DNA from: Pseudomonas aeruginosa
Lineage (GTDB): Bacteria > Pseudomonadota > Gammaproteobacteria > Pseudomonadales > Pseudomonadaceae
Assembly: GCF_001457615.1 (NCBI RefSeq)
Contig: NZ_LN831024.1
Span: forward strand, 1,950,001 to 1,982,000
Direction of reading: 5' to 3'
DNA length: 32,000 bases
Every line of letters starts with the position of its first letter. Positions within the stretch are counted from its first letter, which is position 1. The translations under genes and the position numbers were made by a program. Below the pieces are notes generated by a model. That model ran no database searches and had not been told where the DNA came from. It was given only the letters and a program-made list of their open reading frames with translations. This document shows positions 27,158-32,000 of this stretch, piece by piece.

Positions 27158-28485
27158 CATTTCGTTGCGCTATCGGCCCGGGGCTCCGCCGGTAGGCCGT
27201 CGGGCACCTCGTCCAGCAGGACGTCGAGGTCGACGGCGGCCGCCATCGCCCGGTTGCCTTCGTCGCTGGGGTGCAGATGGTCGCCGGAGTCGTAGCGCGC
27301 GGCGAGCCGCGACGGCTGCTCCGGATCGCGCAATGCCGCGTCGAAGTCGATCACCGCATCGAAGGCGCCGGCATGACGGATCCACTCGTTAACCTGCCTG
27401 CGCAGGGCTTCCTTGGCGGGATGGTAATAATCGCTCAATGGCGTGCCGGGCAGTGCGCCCTCGAACGGCGTGAGGGTCGCGCCGACGACCCGGATACCCC
27501 GGTTGTGCGCCCGTTCGATCAATTGCCGGTAGCCGGCGATCAGCGCTTCCAGGGTGGGCGGTGCGGCATTCCGGGCGAAAGCGGTACCGGGCCAGGCAAT
27601 GTCGTTGATGCCGAGCATCACCACCATGCTGCTTGCGCCTGGCTGGGCCAGTACGTCGCGGTCCAGACGTGCCAGCGCGCTCGCGCCCATGCCGTCGCTC
27701 AGCAGACGGGCGCCGGAAATCCCCGCATTGACCACGGCGACGCCATGCGGGGCCAGGCGTTCGGCGAGGAAGTCCGGCCAACGGCTGTTCCGGTCGAGGC
27801 TGGCGCTGGCTCCGTCGGTGATCGAGTCGCCGAGCGTCACCAGCGTCCGCGTTGCCGTTTCGGTTTCGACCAGGATACCTGTCAACAGCAGGCGCGCGCT
27901 GGTGCTCTGGCTGTCCGCCGCGTCCAGCTGCAATGCGTGGCTTTGGGTCTGCTCGCCGGCGACGATCCAGCCCGTCTGGCGGCCGTCCCAGTGGAAGGTT
28001 TCCATGGGCGTGGCGGCCGGCAGGTAGAGACTCACCAGCACCTGCGAGAGCGCGGCCACCGGCATCGCCACCGGATCGCTGAGTAGCGTGGCGCCGGGCG
28101 CGATGGTCGCCGTCCGGCGTCCGCCAAAGGTCACGTCATGCAGGCTGCCGGTGGCGACCGCGGCGCGCTCGGAACCCGGTTTGGCCAGGGTGGCCCGGCC
28201 GATCCGGATCGGGCGCCTTCCATAGGTATTTGCCAGGACGATGCGCACGCGCGTTCCTCCCAGGCTGATTCGCGCCAGTTGCCGCACCGTCTGGTCGTGC
28301 AGTTCGGCCGGCACGTTGCTGGGAAACAGGAAGTCCTCAGCCCAGACCGGCTGCGGGCTGGCCTGCCAGCTGGCGGTCCAGGAAGCGGCCGGCGCGGCGC
28401 AGGCGTACAACAGGCTCGTCGCGAGCGCGAAGGCCCGGGTTGCGCTGGAGGTCGCGGCGGGAAGTCTTTCGATGGGTCGTTTCAT
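27157..28485 (-). CDS. Secreted SGNH/GDSL-family hydrolase with an N-terminal accessory domain
   Basis: 442 aa. Signal peptide MKRPIERLPAATSSATRAFALATSLLYACAAPAASW. The SGNH block I motif LVTLGDSITDG sits about 200 aa in. Later blocks: GINDI, and the DxxH-type block DSGDHLHPSDEG. Confidence 0.82.
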   Translation of the reverse strand: MKRPIERLPAATSSATRAFALATSLLYACAAPAASWTASWQASPQPVWAEDFLFPSNVPAELHDQTVRQLARISLGGTRVRIVLANTYGRRPIRIGRATLAKPGSERAAVATGSLHDVTFGGRRTATIAPGATLLSDPVAMPVAALSQVLVSLYLPAATPMETFHWDGRQTGWIVAGEQTQSHALQLDAADSQSTSARLLLTGILVETETATRTLVTLGDSITDGASASLDRNSRWPDFLAERLAPHGVAVVNAGISGARLLSDGMGASALARLDRDVLAQPGASSMVVMLGINDIAWPGTAFARNAAPPTLEALIAGYRQLIERAHNRGIRVVGATLTPFEGALPGTPLSDYYHPAKEALRRQVNEWIRHAGAFDAVIDFDAALRDPEQPSRLAARYDSGDHLHPSDEGNRAMAAAVDLDVLLDEVPDGLPAEPRADSATK

Positions 28486-28596
28486 GTCGTTGAATTCAGT
28501 GGTTATCCTGTAGCTGATGATGAATTCAAAGATTTAAGGGGAATAGGCCGTAGCGGGGAACATCATTTATGAAGCGAAATCATCAGGCAGGGCGCC

Positions 28597-29507
28597 ATGG
28601 CCCGGCTTGAAGTCAACCGTTCCGGCGAACTGGAGGTGTTTGCCCGGGTCGTCGAGTCGGGGGCTTTTCCGCCGCCGCTCGACGTTGCGGCATGACGCCC
28701 TCGGCAGTCAGCAAGTTGATCACCCGGCTCGAACAGCGCCTGGGAACCCGCTTGCTGAACCGCTCCACCCGACAATTGCAACTGACACCCGAGGGATGCG
28801 CGTTCTACGAGCGCGGGGTGCGTATCCTGGCCGACCTGGAGGAGGCCGAGCGGTGTGCGAGCGAAAACGCGGCGCCGCGTGGGCGCTTGCGAGTCAACGC
28901 CAACGTGCCTTTCGGGCATCACTTCCTGCTGCCGCTGGTGCCCGAGTTCCTCGCGCAGCATCCCGAGGTGACGCTGGATATCGTGCTGACCGATGAGGTC
29001 GTCGACATCCTCGAGCAGCGCACCGACGTGGCCGTGCGCGCGGGGCCGCTGAAAAGCTCGAGCCTGGTGGCGCGCAAGCTGGGGAGCACGCGCATGCTGA
29101 TCGTCGGTGCGCCGGCCTATCTGGCCCGGCATGGCATGCCGGCCACGCCGCAGGCGCTGCTGGGGCACAACCGCCTCGGCGCCAACTATGTGCGAGCGCG
29201 CTCCGGCTGGCCGTTGCGGGACGGTGGCGAGGAACTCGTGGTGCCGTTGTCGGGCAACGCCCAGGCCAGCGATGGCGAGGCGCTGCGCCGTCTGGCCGTG
29301 GCCGGCCTGGGCCTGGCGCGGCTGGCCGCGTTCCAGGTGCGCGAGGACATAGCCGCCGGGCGCCTGATTCCCGTGCTCGAGGCATACAACCCGGGCGACC
29401 TGGAGGAAGTCCACGTCGTCTACGTCGGCCAGGGCGGCTATCTGCCGCTGCGCGTGCGGGCGTTCCTGGACTTTCTGGCGGAGCGCGTCGATATGAGCCA
29501 GGGTTGA
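28597..29507 (+). pseudogene. LysR-family transcriptional regulator with a -1 frameshift inside the helix-turn-helix
   Basis: ATG 28597 gives MARLEVNRSGELEVFARVVESGAF, then runs out of frame to a TGA at 28693. Shifting by one base after 28660-28670 gives ..SAAARRCGMTPSAVSKLITRLEQRLGTRLLNRSTRQLQLTPEG, a canonical LysR wHTH continuous with track ORF 28692..29507. Confidence 0.8.
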
Positions 29508-29586
29508 TCGCAGTGCTACATGAATACGCCGATTCCGCGGCCGAAAGCTTTTCTTCCTAGCGCTTCATCCACAGGAGGCAATCCAG

Positions 29587-29964
29587 ATGAGCGATGACAT
29601 CCAGCGTTACCCCAGCAGCCTGCCGTTTCCCTTTTCCCGCGCGGTGCGGGCCGGCGGCTTCCTGTTTCTTTCCGGACAGGTGCCGATGAGTCCGACCGGC
29701 GAGGTGGTACGTGGCGATATCCAGACCCAGACCGAAGCGGTGATGGCACGCATCGGCGAGACCCTGGAGAGCTGTGGCGCGCGTTTCGACCAACTGGTGA
29801 AGGTCACCGTCTGGCTGTCGGACATGGCCCACTTCGCCGGTTTCAACGAGGTCTACCAGCGTCATGTGCAGGGGGCCTTGCCGGTACGCTCGACGGTGAC
29901 CGCCGGGCTGGCGCTGGGGGTCGACGTGGAGGTCGAGGTGCAGGCGTGGGTCGGCGAGGGCTGA
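29587..29964 (+). CDS. RidA/YjgF/UK114-family (reactive intermediate deaminase-like) protein
   Basis: 125 aa. AGGAGG lies 7 nt upstream. Family pattern: AVRAGGFLFLSGQVP ... IQTQTEAVMARIGETLE ... VKVTVWLSDMAHFAGFNEVY ... PVRSTV. Confidence 0.85.
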   Translation: MSDDIQRYPSSLPFPFSRAVRAGGFLFLSGQVPMSPTGEVVRGDIQTQTEAVMARIGETLESCGARFDQLVKVTVWLSDMAHFAGFNEVYQRHVQGALPVRSTVTAGLALGVDVEVEVQAWVGEG

Positions 29965-30056
29965 GTCGCGAGGGCATTGGCATGCAGGTCGGGTGAGCGC
30001 TGGCCGCGGACGGCAAAGAGGGGAGGGCCTACCCGTGGCGTCCGACCTGAATCGCT

Positions 30057-30950
30057 TCAGGCCGCTGGAGTGCCGTTGCCGAATGCCTGTTCGTCGAGCA
30101 GGCGCATGAAGGCGCGCGCGGCGTTCGACAGGGTCCGCTCAGTGTGCAGGATATAGCCGAGCTGGCGGCTGAGTTGGATGTCCTGCAGCGGCAGGCGCAC
30201 CACCTGGTCGTCGAGCATGGTCCGCGGCAGCACGCTCCAGGCCAGGCCGATGGAGACCATCATCTTGATGGTCTCCAGGTAGTTGGTGCTCATGGCGATG
30301 TTCGGCGTCAGCCCTTCGGCTTCGAACATGCGCCGCACGATGTGGTGGGTGAAGGTGTTGCCGCCGGGGAATACCGCGGGGTGCTTGGCGACGTCGGCGA
30401 GGAACACCGTGCCCTGTCGGGCCAGCGGGTGCTCCGGGGCGGCGACGAAGTCCAGCGGGTCGTCCCACACCGGGACTGCGCGCACCGGTTCGGCGGTTTC
30501 CGGGGCCAGGGTGATCACCGCCAGTTCCGCACGACCATGAAGGATCTCCTCGTAGGCCACTTCCGAATCCAGGAACTGGATATCCAGCGCCACCTGCGGA
30601 TGCGCCCGGGTGAAGGCGCGCAGCAGCGGCGGCAGGCGATGCAGGCCGATGTGGTGGCTGGTGGCCAGGACCAGCCGGCCGCTGACCTCGCCGGTGAGGT
30701 TGTTCAGCGCCCGGCGGGTGTCGTCGAGCACGTTGAGCAACTGGTAGGCGCGCGGCAGCAGGGCGCGGCCGGCCTCGGTGAGGTTGACCTCGCGGCCGAC
30801 CCGGTCGAACAGCCGGGCATTGAGCTGCTGTTCGAGGGCGGCGATGCGCTTGCTCACCGCCGGTTGGGTCAGGTGCAGGCGCTCGCCGGCTTCGGAGAAG
30901 CTGCCGGTCTCGGCAATGGCGATGAAGGTGTTGAGGCTGTTCAGGTCCAT
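30057..30950 (-). CDS. LysR-family transcriptional regulator, divergent from leuC
   Basis: 297 aa. wHTH LNTFIAIAETGSFSEAGERLHLTQPAVSKRIAALEQQLNARLFDRVGREVNLTEAG. Confidence 0.9.
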   Translation of the reverse strand: MDLNSLNTFIAIAETGSFSEAGERLHLTQPAVSKRIAALEQQLNARLFDRVGREVNLTEAGRALLPRAYQLLNVLDDTRRALNNLTGEVSGRLVLATSHHIGLHRLPPLLRAFTRAHPQVALDIQFLDSEVAYEEILHGRAELAVITLAPETAEPVRAVPVWDDPLDFVAAPEHPLARQGTVFLADVAKHPAVFPGGNTFTHHIVRRMFEAEGLTPNIAMSTNYLETIKMMVSIGLAWSVLPRTMLDDQVVRLPLQDIQLSRQLGYILHTERTLSNAARAFMRLLDEQAFGNGTPAA

Positions 30951-30996
30951 TGCGGGCCTCCGCTGGTTTCGGCTGCCCGGAGCTTAGCGCCAATGG

Positions 30997-31011
30997 ATTC
31001 CTGTTGGGAAT
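30997..31011. promoter_or_regulatory. Candidate LysR-type operator (T-N11-A inverted repeat) in the LysR/leuC divergent region
   Basis: ATTCC-TGTTG-GGAAT is a perfect 5-bp inverted repeat forming TTCC-N5-GGAA (T-N11-A). It lies 47 nt upstream of the LysR start and about 100 nt upstream of the leuC ATG. Confidence 0.4.
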
Positions 31012-31112
31012 GCTTTGGATGAAAAATATGAATTTGAGTTATTCGTAGACAAGCCATAGGATCATCCTCACAAGCCCTGTGGGCATAGAAATGAGCTGAT
31101 GAGGAAATCCCG

Positions 31113-32000
31113 ATGGCCGGCAAGACCCTCTACGACAAACTCTGGGACATGCACCTGGTCAAGCAGCGCGACGACGGTTCGGCGCTGATCTACATCGACC
31201 GCCATATCCTGCACGAAGTGACCTCGCCGCAGGCCTTCGAGGGTCTTCGCCTGGCCGGGCGCAAGCCGTGGCGGATCGACGCCAACATCGCCACCCCGGA
31301 CCACAACGTGCCGACCACCCGCACCGAGCGCAAGGGCGGCATCGCCGCCATCGCCGACGAGGTCTCGCGCCTGCAGGTGCAGACCCTCGACGAGAACTGC
31401 GACGACTTCGGCATCACCGAATTCAAGATGAACGACGTGCGCCAGGGCATCGTCCATGTGGTCGGTCCGGAGCAGGGCGCGACCCTCCCGGGGATGACCG
31501 TGGTCTGCGGCGACTCGCACACTTCCACCCACGGCGCCTTCGGCGCGCTGGCCCACGGCATCGGCACTTCCGAGGTCGAGCATGTGCTGGCGACCCAGTG
31601 CCTGGTGGCGAAGAAGATGAAGAACATGCTGGTCAAGGTCGAAGGCAGGCTGCCGGCCGGCGTCACGGCGAAGGATATCGTCCTCGCGGTGATCGGCAGG
31701 ATCGGCACCGCCGGCGGCAACGGCCACGCCATCGAGTTCGCCGGCAGCGCCATCCGCGACCTGTCCATCGAAGGGCGGATGACCATCTGCAACATGTCGA
31801 TCGAGGCGGGCGCCCGCGTCGGCCTGGTCGCCGTCGACCAGAAGACCATCGACTACGTGAAGGGCCGGCCCTTCGCGCCGAGCGCCGAGCAATGGGACCA
31901 GGCCGTCGCCTGCTGGCAGGGGCTGGTGTCGGACGCCGATGCCCGCTTCGATACCGTGGTCGAGCTGGACGCCGCGCAGATCAAGCCGCAGGTCAGCTGG
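31113..32000 (+). CDS. leuC: 3-isopropylmalate dehydratase large subunit (partial; 3-prime end beyond the window)
   Basis: Not in the ORF track because no stop lies inside the window. ATG at 31113 is preceded by GAGGAAA. Translation [46 protein letters not shown]...[25 protein letters not shown] is canonical LeuC/aconitase-family. Open to position 32000 (296 codons). Confidence 0.93.
   Translation, partial: MAGKTLYDKLWDMHLVKQRDDGSALIYIDRHILHEVTSPQAFEGLRLAGRKPWRIDANIATPDHNVPTTRTERKGGIAAIADEVSRLQVQTLDENCDDFGITEFKMNDVRQGIVHVVGPEQGATLPGMTVVCGDSHTSTHGAFGALAHGIGTSEVEHVLATQCLVAKKMKNMLVKVEGRLPAGVTAKDIVLAVIGRIGTAGGNGHAIEFAGSAIRDLSIEGRMTICNMSIEAGARVGLVAVDQKTIDYVKGRPFAPSAEQWDQAVACWQGLVSDADARFDTVVELDAAQIKPQVSW

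Noticed and set aside
28563-29414. 283-aa minus ORF antisense to the LysR gene. Similarly 30144..31022 (+) opposite the second LysR gene, and 31068..31892 / 31190..31849 (-) opposite leuC.
   Set aside because: Antisense artefacts opposite genes with clear family signatures.
31091-31099. Mini-ORF ATG AGC TGA (M-S-stop) just upstream of the leuC Shine-Dalgarno
   Set aside because: A two-codon ORF with no RBS of its own is expected by chance. It has no leucine codons, so it is not an attenuation leader.

Overview
This window reads as a Pseudomonas aeruginosa chromosomal segment. No search was possible, so that call rests on my recognition of gene order and protein motifs. Positions 1-9150 hold the 3-prime two thirds of a serotype-specific O-antigen (wbp) cluster: wzx, three GT4 glycosyltransferases, an AsnB-type amidotransferase, an SDR epimerase/reductase and wbpL. 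All are on the + strand, visibly AT-richer than the rest of the window, and several are coupled by ATGA/TTGA stop-start overlaps. The gene content and order match what I recall of the serotype O6 cluster (wbpQ/wzx-R-S-T-U-V-L). From wbpM (9154) onward the DNA is high-GC core genome, syntenic with PAO1 PA3141 down to PA3121: wbpM, a ComEA-like gene, tRNA-Asn, an AspC/TyrB aminotransferase, uvrB, an EmrAB-like pump with a LysR regulator, gltX, a tandem tRNA-Ala/tRNA-Glu x2 operon, a TetR-hydrolase-aldolase-thioesterase operon, dusC, an SDR, a Ble-like::GNAT fusion, ibpA with a sigma-32 promoter and ROSE-type leader, a secreted SGNH hydrolase, a LysR regulator, a RidA-family gene, a second LysR regulator and the 5-prime part of leuC. 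The most notable sequence-level observations are two single-base (-1) frameshifts. One splits uvrB before helicase motif II. The other cuts the helix-turn-helix of a LysR regulator. Both lie at short homopolymer runs, so each is either a real pseudogene or an assembly indel. I found no CRISPR array, transposase, integrase, phage or defence-system-like genes, and no clearly novel multi-gene system. The least characterised modules are the TetR-hydrolase-aldolase-thioesterase operon and the Ble::GNAT fusion. Most long ORFs in the track that lie antisense to the called genes are high-GC artefacts.
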